Source: Planctomycetota bacterium (GTDB taxonomy: Bacteria > Planctomycetota > PLA2 > JAEUHO01). Taken from it: DNA of 64,000 nucleotides. Of this stretch, positions 44,965 through 53,805 are shown in pieces. The first letter of the stretch is position 1. Each line of letters opens with the position of its first letter. The stretch spans positions 1 to 64,000 of the forward strand of contig JBFWRP010000012.1 in the NCBI GenBank assembly GCA_050248855.1. The letters are read 5' to 3'. The translations under genes and the position numbers were made by a program. The notes beneath the pieces were generated by a model. The model had not been told where the DNA came from. It made no database searches and saw only the letters and a list, made by a program, of their open reading frames with translations.

Positions 44965-45013
44965 TGGTATCCCCGGCAGGACTCGAACCTGCGACCCCCG
45001 GTTCAGGAAACCG
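44965..45013 (-). repeat. tRNA-Arg(CCT) 3'-half duplication (att core), copy 1
   Basis: Minus strand: anticodon arm with CCT, GCAGGTTCGAGTCCTGC T-arm, acceptor strand and CCA; no D-arm or 5' half; one substitution vs copies 2 and 3. Confidence 0.9.
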
Positions 45014-45379
45014 CCTAGCGGAATGTGCCTGCAAAGGCGATGGAATGGCCCTCAGCGGGCGATGCACGAGCTACGTGAGAGCGCACGAAACCTCGCCAAG
45101 ACATCCCGGATCATGGCCCGATCTGACGCCGGTGCTGGGACGCGTGCTGGGACGGGCGAGAGCCGTGACATCGTTCGCACCGTCCTCAGTGGTCGCGGCG
45201 TACGCGCGTCAATCGCGGAGCGCGGGCCCTGCGCACTAGCCGCCGGCAAGGACGTAGGGCCCGAGGTTTCGTGCATGCATCGGATCTTGCACGACATGTG
45301 ACACTCTGGTGACAGGGGGGGGGCAAGGGTGAATCATACCGCGGGCCATGGAGGTCCAGCGAGTCAGGAGGATCCGACC

Positions 45380-45838
45380 ATGAAGCACCGCAACCTCGTG
45401 ACGACCTTTCTGGCTTGGTTCGCTGGCGTGGCGCTCGTCGTGATCGCAAGTCCGGAGGTGTTCGCCGCCGATCAGGGGGGATGCAATGGGGCCGTCCAGT
45501 GCGTTAGCCCCTATGTCTGCGGTTCCTTCTACTGCTGCACCGCAACCCGGTGGAAGGGCTGCACGGTTCAGAGCCTGGCCTGCCCTCCGAGTTCGTGCAG
45601 CCAAGTCAACGACACATGCAATGGCGAAGGCTCGCACACGTGCAACTGCGGGAGTGCTCCGCAGTCTCCATGCCGCCTCTGCTACAAGCCCAGCGAGGAC
45701 GCAGGAGTCCCCGGCACCGTCACGTGCATTAACGAGCACTGCAACGGGCCCGGTGAAGTCTGCAACACCGATTGGGTTATCGGCTACAGCCCCTCGCCTT
45801 CAGGCGAGTACCGCTACACCTGCGAGTGCCAGCCGTAG
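45380..45838 (+). CDS. Secreted Cys-rich protein (18 Cys)
   Basis: AGGAGG RBS; signal peptide ending VFA; 18 Cys in the mature part. Confidence 0.85.
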   Translation: MKHRNLVTTFLAWFAGVALVVIASPEVFAADQGGCNGAVQCVSPYVCGSFYCCTATRWKGCTVQSLACPPSSCSQVNDTCNGEGSHTCNCGSAPQSPCRLCYKPSEDAGVPGTVTCINEHCNGPGEVCNTDWVIGYSPSPSGEYRYTCECQP

Positions 45839-45970
45839 CTTCCTGGCACGGATGTGCGCAGCGCTGGCCCGCGGGACCACCTCGAGGCGCATGTCCTGCC
45901 GGTCGCGCGCGTACGAGCTGCGTTGGGGCCAGCCTCGCTTCTTCGCTTCACCTTGAGCTCGGAGGGTGCT

Positions 45971-47776
45971 GTGCGGCGAGTGCTGGTCGCATTTGGTCTC
46001 GGCGTGCTGTCTGCGTTGCTTCTGGCACTTGGTTTATGGCTCGCCAACAAGCCGGCAAGCCACGGCCCTGCGCTTCATCCCCAGTCCCCGGCCCCGCAGC
46101 CCGTTGACTCGCTGCCATCGTTGCGTGGGAGTCCCACCGAGCAAGGGCAGCCGGTGGCGGCGGAACTCACGGTGCATGTCCGAGGTGCGGACCACGGTGA
46201 GGCGATCAAGGAGGCGCGCTTGGCGATGCTGCCGGCCACTGCCGGACATGCCGTTCGGCCCACGGATGCTTGGGTGGTGGAGGCAGACGAACACGGCGAC
46301 ATCACGCTGCCGGAGGAGCGGTGGAGGCTCGACCGAGTTTGGGCCTTCTCTGCGGATGGCTACCGGCCGGCGGCCTTTTCATCCGCGCAGTTGATGGAGC
46401 GCGCTTCCCGCGATGCGGTAACGGTTCAACTCCAGTCGGGATCGAGAGTCTCGGGGACAGTCGTCACGCCGTGGGGAGCTCCCGTCCCCGATGCGGCCGT
46501 GGTCGGCTATGGCCGCTATGGAGTCGACTTCGATGGCGCCGAGGAGATGCTTCTACCGGGTCCAACCACAGTGGGCGAGGTCTTCCGCGCCACCAGTGAT
46601 GCAGAAGGTCGCTTTGCTTTGAGTGGAATCGGCGCCTTCCCGATACGCGTCCAGGCGTCGAAGTCCGGGTTCGCGTGGAAGGCAGACCCAGAGCAGGACA
46701 TCCTCTTCGTCGATCGAGAGTCGGACCAGGTTCGCCTCGTACTGCGCCCGAGGCTCGTCGCCGGCCTTCGCATCATCGACGCCGTCTCCGGGGAACTCAT
46801 CCGGGATTTCACGGTAAGAGCGGGGCACTCCGAGGGGCCCCTGATCGGTCGCATGGAAGTGTCTCGGAAGCGTCCGGCAAAGACGCGGGATCTCGGGTTC
46901 GCCTTCCGCGACGGTGAGTGGTGGCTCGTGGGATGCAGCTCGGACGCGGCCGTCGGCCCGCAGGACGGTGCCGTGGTCGTCGCCAGGGTCACGGCTCCCG
47001 GGTACGAAGATGCCGCTGATGTGCAGATGGAACTTCGGGCCCTCGGGGCCTCCGGCCCCCCCGATCCAGTCGAGGTTCACATGACTCCCACGGAGCCCTC
47101 GGCGAGGGGCTCGCTCAGACTGCGCGTCACCCACGCAATCGAGGGACTTCGACTCCCCTGGGTGGACGTTCGAGTCGAGGAATCGCGCCCTGCGGCCGAC
47201 AGTGCCCCGGAGCCGTTGGCATTCACGTTTCGAGTGGATCTGGGCGAGGACGGGCGCGCAACGCGTCCCTTGCGTCTGACGCCTGGCAGGTACCGAGTGC
47301 GGCTAGCAGCCGGAACGGGCTGGGCCACGTGGAACCCGCCGGCTGATGACGGCTGGGCAGAGGTCACGATCGTGGACTCTCCGGTCGAGACGAACGTCGT
47401 ATTGCATTACCGCGCTGCCCTCCTGCGCATCTCCGTTGCGGGCGAGTCCGGCGGGCCGATCGGCATGTTCAACATGATGGTCCACCGCCTCGAGCCCCCA
47501 CCGCCAGGATCGCGGCGAGCCGTGGTCCCGATGATCGCTTCTCTTTCGGAAGAGTCCGAGCGCTGGTGGTTGGAGTTTGGACATCCGTACCGGTCGCACC
47601 TTCGCATGCAGCCAGGAGCATTCGACTTGCTCGTGGCACCCGGCAACTACTTCGTCAAGGTCACGAAGGCCGGCTTCGTTGACCCCGATCCCGTCGATCT
47701 GCAGGTGGCCGAGGGGAGCGTTGTGCCGATCTCGTTCGCGCTCATCCCCGTCGCCGATGAGGGGGATGGGGGATGA
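45971..47776 (+). CDS. Membrane-anchored protein with carboxypeptidase-regulatory-like (prealbumin-fold) repeats
   Basis: GGAGG RBS; N-terminal TM; VSGTVVTPWGAPVPDAAV, TSDAEGRF, PGRYRV and PGNYFVKVTKAGF. Confidence 0.8.
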   Translation: MRRVLVAFGLGVLSALLLALGLWLANKPASHGPALHPQSPAPQPVDSLPSLRGSPTEQGQPVAAELTVHVRGADHGEAIKEARLAMLPATAGHAVRPTDAWVVEADEHGDITLPEERWRLDRVWAFSADGYRPAAFSSAQLMERASRDAVTVQLQSGSRVSGTVVTPWGAPVPDAAVVGYGRYGVDFDGAEEMLLPGPTTVGEVFRATSDAEGRFALSGIGAFPIRVQASKSGFAWKADPEQDILFVDRESDQVRLVLRPRLVAGLRIIDAVSGELIRDFTVRAGHSEGPLIGRMEVSRKRPAKTRDLGFAFRDGEWWLVGCSSDAAVGPQDGAVVVARVTAPGYEDAADVQMELRALGASGPPDPVEVHMTPTEPSARGSLRLRVTHAIEGLRLPWVDVRVEESRPAADSAPEPLAFTFRVDLGEDGRATRPLRLTPGRYRVRLAAGTGWATWNPPADDGWAEVTIVDSPVETNVVLHYRAALLRISVAGESGGPIGMFNMMVHRLEPPPPGSRRAVVPMIASLSEESERWWLEFGHPYRSHLRMQPGAFDLLVAPGNYFVKVTKAGFVDPDPVDLQVAEGSVVPISFALIPVADEGDGG

Positions 47777-48237
47777 ACACGCCTCTTCGGCCACGCGGCC
47801 TGCACACGTCGCTCGCAGTCTTCGTCGCCGCGGCACTGACCTTCGCAGGGCTCGCCAAGGTCTTCTCTCCGGAAGACCTGGGCTTGCTGCGGCTGCTTGG
47901 TGATGTGAGGCGAGATCCACCATGGTTCAGTCAAGTGCTCGCGGCCATCGAACTGGCCACGGCCGTGGCATTGCTGGTGTTCGGGCGGGTCGGAGTTGTC
48001 GCGGCCGTAGTGCTGACGTCTGGCTTCGTCTGCTATCACGTCGTCCTTGGCCTCGGCTTCGGCGCGCCAACCTGAGGGTGCTGGGGCGTTCCCACCCCCA
48101 AGCGTGTCTCGGGGATCATCGCTGTCGTCCTGCTGCTGTGCTCGCTATGCCTGCTACCCCGGCCCACGTCCCAACGTGGGTCAAACTCCCGGCCGTCCGA
48201 AGGTGGCGGCGCCGATCCACTGCGTCCACCGGCCTGA
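47773..48237 (+). CDS. MauE/DoxX-family membrane protein with in-frame TGA (UGC motif)
   Basis: FAGLAK...AAIEL..A..L TM pattern; APT-TGA-GCWG in place of CGCFG, followed by a further TM helix; ATGA overlap with the upstream gene. Confidence 0.72.
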
Positions 48238-48507
48238 TCGGCGCACTGGATGAGCGTTCTTGGCAGCGAGCGGGCCCAGATAGCCGGGCTCTGTAGCGGG
48301 CCGGTCGGCGAACGCTAACGTGTCCCTAACATTGGTTAGCCTGCCGCCGCCCCCGGAGGGCCCGCCCGCCCTCCGCCGCCGGACCCGGGGTCCGGTGTGT
48401 GGGCCCGGGAAGGAGGCGCTTGGACCGTGCGCGGGCGATGCGTGAGCTTGAAGAGGCAAGGACGCTGATGGGGGACGCGGAACTGGGCCAGCTGATCGAG
48501 CGCTGGC

Positions 48508-48903
48508 TCAGGAGGAACGCCGCGCCACCTCTTGCCGCACGGTTCGGACGAGATCCTCGAGCCGATCGGCCGGCAAGAGGCCGATCAGGTCGGCGACCGC
48601 CTCCGTCGTCCACGCCCTAGGCCAGGGCGTCTTGGCGTCGTCGAGGTAGGACCACGGCGCACCCAGCAATTGCTCCAGGAGGGCCACGTAGCGGCTCTCC
48701 GGCAGCGTCGAGCCATCGCGCCACCGGAGCACGGTGCCCGGATTCACCTTCTCGCCGAGCGCGGTCAGCACCTTGGCGAGACGCTCCGCGCTGTGCGGGC
48801 CGTACTGCACGGCACCGTCGCGCTTGGCCTTCTCGTTGGCGGCGAGCCAGGCGTCGAGTTTGACGTGGAAACCCGAGGCGCGCGCGCGCTCGGCGGCCGG
48901 CAC
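48508..48903 (-). CDS. XRE-type helix-turn-helix regulator (phage repressor-like)
   Basis: SAERLAKVL...VNPGTVLRWRDGSTLP....VALLEQLLG; AGGAG RBS before GTG 48903. Confidence 0.68.
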   Translation of the reverse strand: MPAAERARASGFHVKLDAWLAANEKAKRDGAVQYGPHSAERLAKVLTALGEKVNPGTVLRWRDGSTLPESRYVALLEQLLGAPWSYLDDAKTPWPRAWTTEAVADLIGLLPADRLEDLVRTVRQEVARRSS

Positions 48904-48925
48904 GCGCTCCTGCTTTCGTGGGTGT

Positions 48926-49000
48926 GGGTGTACCGAGTGCGGGCAATGTTCATGAATCATTCGCGATAGTTCATGGGATTTGCCCGCACTCCGTACACCC
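48926..49000. repeat. Imperfect 35-bp inverted repeat (operator or recombination site)
   Basis: GGGTGTACCGAGTGCGGGCAA... / ...TTGCCCGCACTCCGTACACCC; outer 21 bp match 20/21; 5-nt spacer. Confidence 0.85.
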
Positions 49001-50020
49001 GTTCAACCGGACAGGTTCCCGCGTGGTCCCGCACTTCGTCCTCGTCGACGAGCACGGGGTCGTGCGCGTGCCGAAGGCGAAGCCGGAGGACCTCGACGCG
49101 TTCGTCGCGACTTCGTTCCCGAAGACGGACGTCGCCACCTCGCCGCCCGCGGACGGTCCCGGTCCCAGCCTGCGCGCCTTGCGGTCCGCCGATGCGAAGA
49201 GCTCGTCCGCACGCCGCTTCGCAGCCCTCTCGGCCCTCCTCTGGCGCGATCCAGAGGGGCCGGGCTGGCCCGAAGGAGAGACCGACCCGTGGTGGGCGAT
49301 CGAGGTCTTGCGGGCGCAGGCTGACGCCAAGGACGGGCGGACCTGGTTCGAGGTCGGCGTCGCCCACCGCATGCGCCACGACAGCGGAGCCAGGACGCCC
49401 GACGATTTCCAGGCCGCCGTCGATGCGTGGGCGAGGGCGCTCGCGCTCGAGCCGAACCAGTACATCTGGCGTCGGCACATCCAGCAATACGGGCCGCGGA
49501 TGGACAAGCCCTACGCGTTCTACGACTGGATCGAAGCGGCGCGCGCGGAGATCGCCGCGCGCGGCGAGCAACCTGTGGCGCTGCGCGTCGCGCTCACCGA
49601 GGCCGAACAGGCGCGACCCGCGGAGCCAGGCGCGTTGGAAGCCGAGGCCAGCGAGCCCGATCCCGACGCCCGTATCGAGCGCGCACCCGAGGGCTCGATC
49701 GCTGTCGATACGGCGGTCGCACCGGATACCCAGGGGAGGGACGTGATCCGTCTCCACGTGCTCGTCCGCGTCCCGGCGGACGGCCACCTCACGCTCGATC
49801 GCGAGGCCGGTCCCTCGACGCTCTGGGTCGCAGGGCGGCGCGTGTCGCCGGCTGCGACGTCCGCCTTGGACGGACCTGGAGTCCTCCGCTTCGAGGTGGA
49901 CGTGCCCGCCTCCTCGGTCGCAGAACACCTCGCGGGCTACGTGCTCCTCTACGGCTGCCTCGCCGCGGAGGGCACGTGTCGCTACCTGCGCCACGACTTC
50001 AGCGTCGGGGCGCGCTGAGC
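48997..50020 (+). pseudogene. 5'-truncated duplicate of the redoxin selenoprotein gene
   Basis: Colinear near-identical copy of 42842-43865 (1024 bp); lacks the signal peptide, UxxC and SECIS. Confidence 0.9.
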
Positions 50021-50490
50021 GTACGCCATCGCGGACCGGGCGGCGGGCAGCGCGTCCCCCGGACCTGAGTCGTGCGGCGTGATCCACCGCGCATGCGTCG
50101 CGGCGCACGGGCCCGGGGACGGCCCCAGGCGGCCCGAGGCTTCGGGCTCCAGGGTGGACGACCGACAGGGCGCTTCGTATCGCCCGCGACCACGTGCTCC
50201 GCAGCGCCGTGGCCCACCGGGTCTCCGGCAACCTCCAGCATGCGCGCCTTCTCGCTCTCGAAGGCGCTCTCCAACCCAAGCTCGGAGTGCTCAGGCCAAT
50301 TGCGTTTCATGCCCGCCGCGAGCGTCCGCCCTCGCGCCCCTCGATGGCCCAGCGCCTGACGCCGGCGCGTGCCGCAGACCGCCTCGGCAGCTACGCTTGC
50401 GCTGCGAGGGGGCAGGGCGATGCGGAGCACTCGGACAAGGGAATCGGAACGTCGTGACGCTGAGCAGGGTTTGATGGACTTGGACTGCAG

Positions 50491-51420
50491 TCAATCGATC
50501 AAGCGCCAAGTGTTCTTGTCCTGGCCCCTTGCGCCGACAGCAGCGTGTCCACTGGCGCGGGGTACGGGGATTGCCGAGGGCCCTGGATCGGGTACTGCCC
50601 CGACGATCCCCGGGCCCAGGAATGCCGCATCAGCGGACGGCCCACGACTCGTCCCGTTGTACGCGCTGTCGTCTGTCGCCAGGATCTGGCCCTCCTGGTT
50701 CGCGAAGAACGTGCGCGTGCCCGAAACTCCGTACTCCGTCGGCCAAGCGTAGCAGCACCACGCGCGCTCGCACATCGCGGCACTCACCTTGTCGGCCGTG
50801 AAGCCCAAGGGGGGCTCAGCGACGCCTGCCCCGCTCGCGTCCGGAAGATAGAGGCGGTAGCAGTACCCGGTCCGTGTCGCAACACCGCTTGCCCGCTCGA
50901 ACTCGAATGAGGGGAACTGCGGGATGCGAAGTGTCGATGGCATGCGCCCGCTCACCTCGCCCGACATCTCCAGGATGCCCCCGTACTCCCCGTCACCGTC
51001 CTCATCGACATCGACTCTAGCCGCCTGTTGGAGCATGGCCTGCGCTGATACGATGTTGCGCAGCGATTCGATGGCGGTCGTCTCGTTGTGTCGCAGCAGC
51101 GTAGCAGCCGCGTGTTCTCTGAACTGCACGTGAGCACCTCGTGGTGGGCTCTCACGAGCGAAGACACCGTGCATGGACGAAGGGCGCGCGTCCGGCTTGT
51201 CCTTCTGGGAGCACCCGTAGACCAGTAGCCCCAGGCCGCAGAGAATGGAGAGTACAGAGGTGCAGCCGCGCATCGTGTCCCACTCGGGGGTCCTCTCGGC
51301 GCTTACCCCTTCGAAGCGCTTGGCCCAGGCATGGAGCCGCCAGCATGCAGCGGGGAACAAGAGCTGCATCAAGCCCGTGCCAACGAAGAAGAGGGCCAGG
51401 GCGGTGGTGATGACTCCCAT
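50491..51420 (-). CDS. Membrane protein: two-TM N-terminus (DUF6199-like) + DUF2950/pilin-like domain
   Basis: NETTAIESLRNIVSAQ...D.D.DGDGEYG...GYCYR...YAWP..YG.SG.RTFF..QEG. Confidence 0.7.
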   Translation of the reverse strand: MGVITTALALFFVGTGLMQLLFPAACWRLHAWAKRFEGVSAERTPEWDTMRGCTSVLSILCGLGLLVYGCSQKDKPDARPSSMHGVFARESPPRGAHVQFREHAAATLLRHNETTAIESLRNIVSAQAMLQQAARVDVDEDGDGEYGGILEMSGEVSGRMPSTLRIPQFPSFEFERASGVATRTGYCYRLYLPDASGAGVAEPPLGFTADKVSAAMCERAWCCYAWPTEYGVSGTRTFFANQEGQILATDDSAYNGTSRGPSADAAFLGPGIVGAVPDPGPSAIPVPRASGHAAVGARGQDKNTWRLID

Positions 51421-51656
51421 GCCCACAGGCTAGCGCGCTGAGGCTGACTTGAGCCCACCCACCCCCATGCACGCCCAGTTGGGTCCTCCCTGGCGGTCGT
51501 GGCGGCGTCGATCCAGGGTGAGAGTGCGGTGGCAGTGCGGGAGTACGGAGGAGTACGAGTACGGAGCGAGTACGGTGCCAGAGCAATTCCTATCACCCCA
51601 GCAGCCAGCGGCCGGCGGGCTGGGCCTGTCGGGCCCCCGGGAGGGAGAGGGCGGTG

Positions 51657-51705
51657 TGGTATCCCCGGCAGGACTCGAACCTGCGACCCCCGGTTTAGGA
51701 AACCG
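51657..51705 (-). repeat. tRNA-Arg(CCT) 3'-half duplication (att core), copy 2
   Basis: Same 49-bp core; flanked by both conserved arms. Confidence 0.9.
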
Positions 51706-51876
51706 CCTAGCGGAATGTGCCTGCAAACGCGATGGAATGGCCCTCAGCGGGCGATGCACGAGCTACGTGAGAGCGCACGAAACCTCGCCAAGACATCCCG
51801 GATCGTGGCCCGATCTGACGCCGGTGCTGGGACGCGTGCTGGGACGAGGCAGAGCAATCTGTGTTCATCTGGGCAG

Positions 51877-52947
51877 TCAGGCACTAGCGAGTCGAATGCG
51901 ATCTAGCACTTGCTGTGCGGACGCGCGTGTCAGCCCCTCGCTGATCTGCTCAGTATCTCTGAATCCTGCCTCGAGCAGGCCGTGAACGATCCCGGCGGCG
52001 GGATTCAGAATCGTGAGTGGAGCCGACCGCTGATCCTTGAGCATCGCCTCGATGGGCGGGTCACGGTGCGCGTAGCCCACTGAGAGAACGTAGCTGGCCT
52101 GGCCAACTGAAGCCTGCAGTCGCTGGTAGAACTCGCGGAACGGAGACTCCGAGGACGCATCCTTACCGAGTTCGGGATAAACGATGGCGGCAGCCGCGAG
52201 GTTGCGTGGCGGCTGGGTCCATGCCCCAGTGACGATGCGCTTCTCGTCTTTGACCCAATTCAGAGAGCCATGCAACTTGGTGTACAGCACGTAGTTGGGG
52301 CTGCCCTGGCGCAAGTCGTCAGCGGAGCGGCGCCATGTGTCTGTCTGCACACGGAACGCCCCTGCGCTCGGATAGATCCCTCGTTCAATGCGGTGCCTCT
52401 CCTTCGAGTTTCGGGGCAGCGCGTCGAGGGCAACGTCCAACACTCGGTCGTAGTTCAGCGTGTACAGTTCCACATCGTCGTCGAGCTCCAGAAGGCCGCG
52501 AAGCAGCGGCATCCATGTCGCTTCCAAGCCCTCTGCCTTCGGCTCCGTACTGTAGTGAAGCCAGAGTCGCTCACGCAGTTCGCCCACCAAGATATCTGCG
52601 AACCTCTCGAAGTGATCAGAGTGCTGGAGCCCGAGCAAGCGCTCAACCCATTCGCCTAGTGGAGCGGGGACGGATACTCCGCGGCTCGGACGGAAGGTCT
52701 TCATGAACAGGTTGTTGGCTCGGATCTCTGCTGCGAACTCGCGGAGCGCAACTAGCCTTCCAAGGATCTCCTCGATGTCCACCGGAGCGCCAGACTTCTC
52801 TTCCGAGAGCGCTTGGTGTACGCGTCCCAGCAAGCTGCCGTCATCCAGCTTCATCGCAGCGGGTAGCTGTGCGACAAACTCGACAGTGGTTGGGTAGTCC
52901 TTCGAGACCGCGCGCGACGAACCAGACCCTGCAATCACAACGATCAT
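51877..52947 (-). CDS. SIR2-like domain protein (putative NADase, defence-type)
   Basis: IAGSGSS...YPT, YTLNYD, KLHGSLNW and SVGYAHRD motifs. Confidence 0.85.
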   Translation of the reverse strand: MIVVIAGSGSSRAVSKDYPTTVEFVAQLPAAMKLDDGSLLGRVHQALSEEKSGAPVDIEEILGRLVALREFAAEIRANNLFMKTFRPSRGVSVPAPLGEWVERLLGLQHSDHFERFADILVGELRERLWLHYSTEPKAEGLEATWMPLLRGLLELDDDVELYTLNYDRVLDVALDALPRNSKERHRIERGIYPSAGAFRVQTDTWRRSADDLRQGSPNYVLYTKLHGSLNWVKDEKRIVTGAWTQPPRNLAAAAIVYPELGKDASSESPFREFYQRLQASVGQASYVLSVGYAHRDPPIEAMLKDQRSAPLTILNPAAGIVHGLLEAGFRDTEQISEGLTRASAQQVLDRIRLASA

Positions 52948-52992
52948 GTCCAGAGGCTCCTCCGGCGCCAACTGCCCTGGGGCGCCATCACT

Positions 52993-53805
52993 TCAGTCGG
53001 AATCTGCCGCGGATCGGTCTGCGTTCGCTACACGCCGGCGGCGCCAACGGCGCCGCGCCACGCGCAAGAGCGGGAGCAGTAGAGGGGCCAGGAATGGCAG
53101 CAGAACGACCAGGTAGCCGCTGATGGTGTTGCCCTCGCCAATCCGGGTGCCGGGCAACCACCTGTTCCACGGACACGTGAAGATCAACACGGGGATGAGC
53201 GGGGCGGCCAGAGAGAGCCCGAACCTGGCAGATGCGGGAATCGGTGCCCGATTGATCCAAGGCATCCAGGCCAGCAGCAGTCCAAGGAACATCCACAGGA
53301 CCCCCGCGATGGTTCTAAACAACAGGCCACCGGCGATGATCTCGTGCTCCTCGAGTTCGTCCTCGATGGAGTCCATGACCGTATTGACGTGGGCGTGCGA
53401 TCGCCCCTCTACGACCACCGTCCGGCGATGGTCATCGAGTCGAACTACGACGTAGGAAACGTGCGGGGCTTCCTCTCGCTCACTCCGCGCGATGTACCTG
53501 TACTCCGCCGAGGTCGCGCGCCGTGGCACACGCACATCGTCTGACGCGATCGCCAGATCCGTCAGCGAGAGCGTCGTCGCGCCGTCAGAGAGTTCGAGGT
53601 GCTCTTCGGCCACGACGCCCGAGCCATTGATGCCTGCGAGCAACTTGCTCACGCGGTTCAGGATCTTGAGCCAGGCATCTGTGCTCATCGCAAGAGGTGA
53701 CAGATCGGAGTTCCGTGAGACGCGTGGATCGGCCGCCGCTCCGGATCGGCTCCACAGGGTGAGGATCACCACCGCCAAGAGCACGTACCGGAGGCAGCGA
53801 TGCAC
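52993..53805 (-). CDS. Hypothetical membrane protein (soluble domain + C-terminal TM helices)
   Basis: Possible signal peptide; 2-3 C-terminal hydrophobic helices; co-oriented 45 bp upstream of the SIR2-like gene. Start uncertain. Confidence 0.65.
   Translation of the reverse strand: MHRCLRYVLLAVVILTLWSRSGAAADPRVSRNSDLSPLAMSTDAWLKILNRVSKLLAGINGSGVVAEEHLELSDGATTLSLTDLAIASDDVRVPRRATSAEYRYIARSEREEAPHVSYVVVRLDDHRRTVVVEGRSHAHVNTVMDSIEDELEEHEIIAGGLLFRTIAGVLWMFLGLLLAWMPWINRAPIPASARFGLSLAAPLIPVLIFTCPWNRWLPGTRIGEGNTISGYLVVLLPFLAPLLLPLLRVARRRWRRRRVANADRSAADSD

Larger units (their letters stand above)
44965..51656. mobile_element. Integrase-less tRNA-integrated element, unit 1
   Basis: Bounded by att cores 1 and 2. 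Shares 190 bp (44965-45154 = 51657-51846), 439 bp (48321-48759 = 54172-54610) and ~60 bp (51577-51636 ~ 54781-54837) with unit 2. Confidence 0.8.

Noticed and set aside
28852..48237. Genome-wide TGA reassignment (code 4/25) as the cause of the in-frame TGAs
   Set aside because: Many genes end at TGA at their expected C-termini, with ATGA/TGATG coupling (e.g. 47773-47776, 58890-58894).
48399..48620. Small + strand ORF conserved in both units (also 54250-54471)
   Set aside because: Conservation is explained by the duplication; it overlaps the HTH gene antisense and has no recognisable motif, so it is left uncalled.
48918..50018. 366-aa ORF as a functional gene
   Set aside because: Its N-terminus is translated inverted-repeat DNA fused to a truncated duplicate, with no RBS or signal peptide.
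42842..50020. DGR template/variable repeat pair
   Set aside because: The repeat is 1 kb, the substitutions are not adenine-specific, and no reverse transcriptase is seen.
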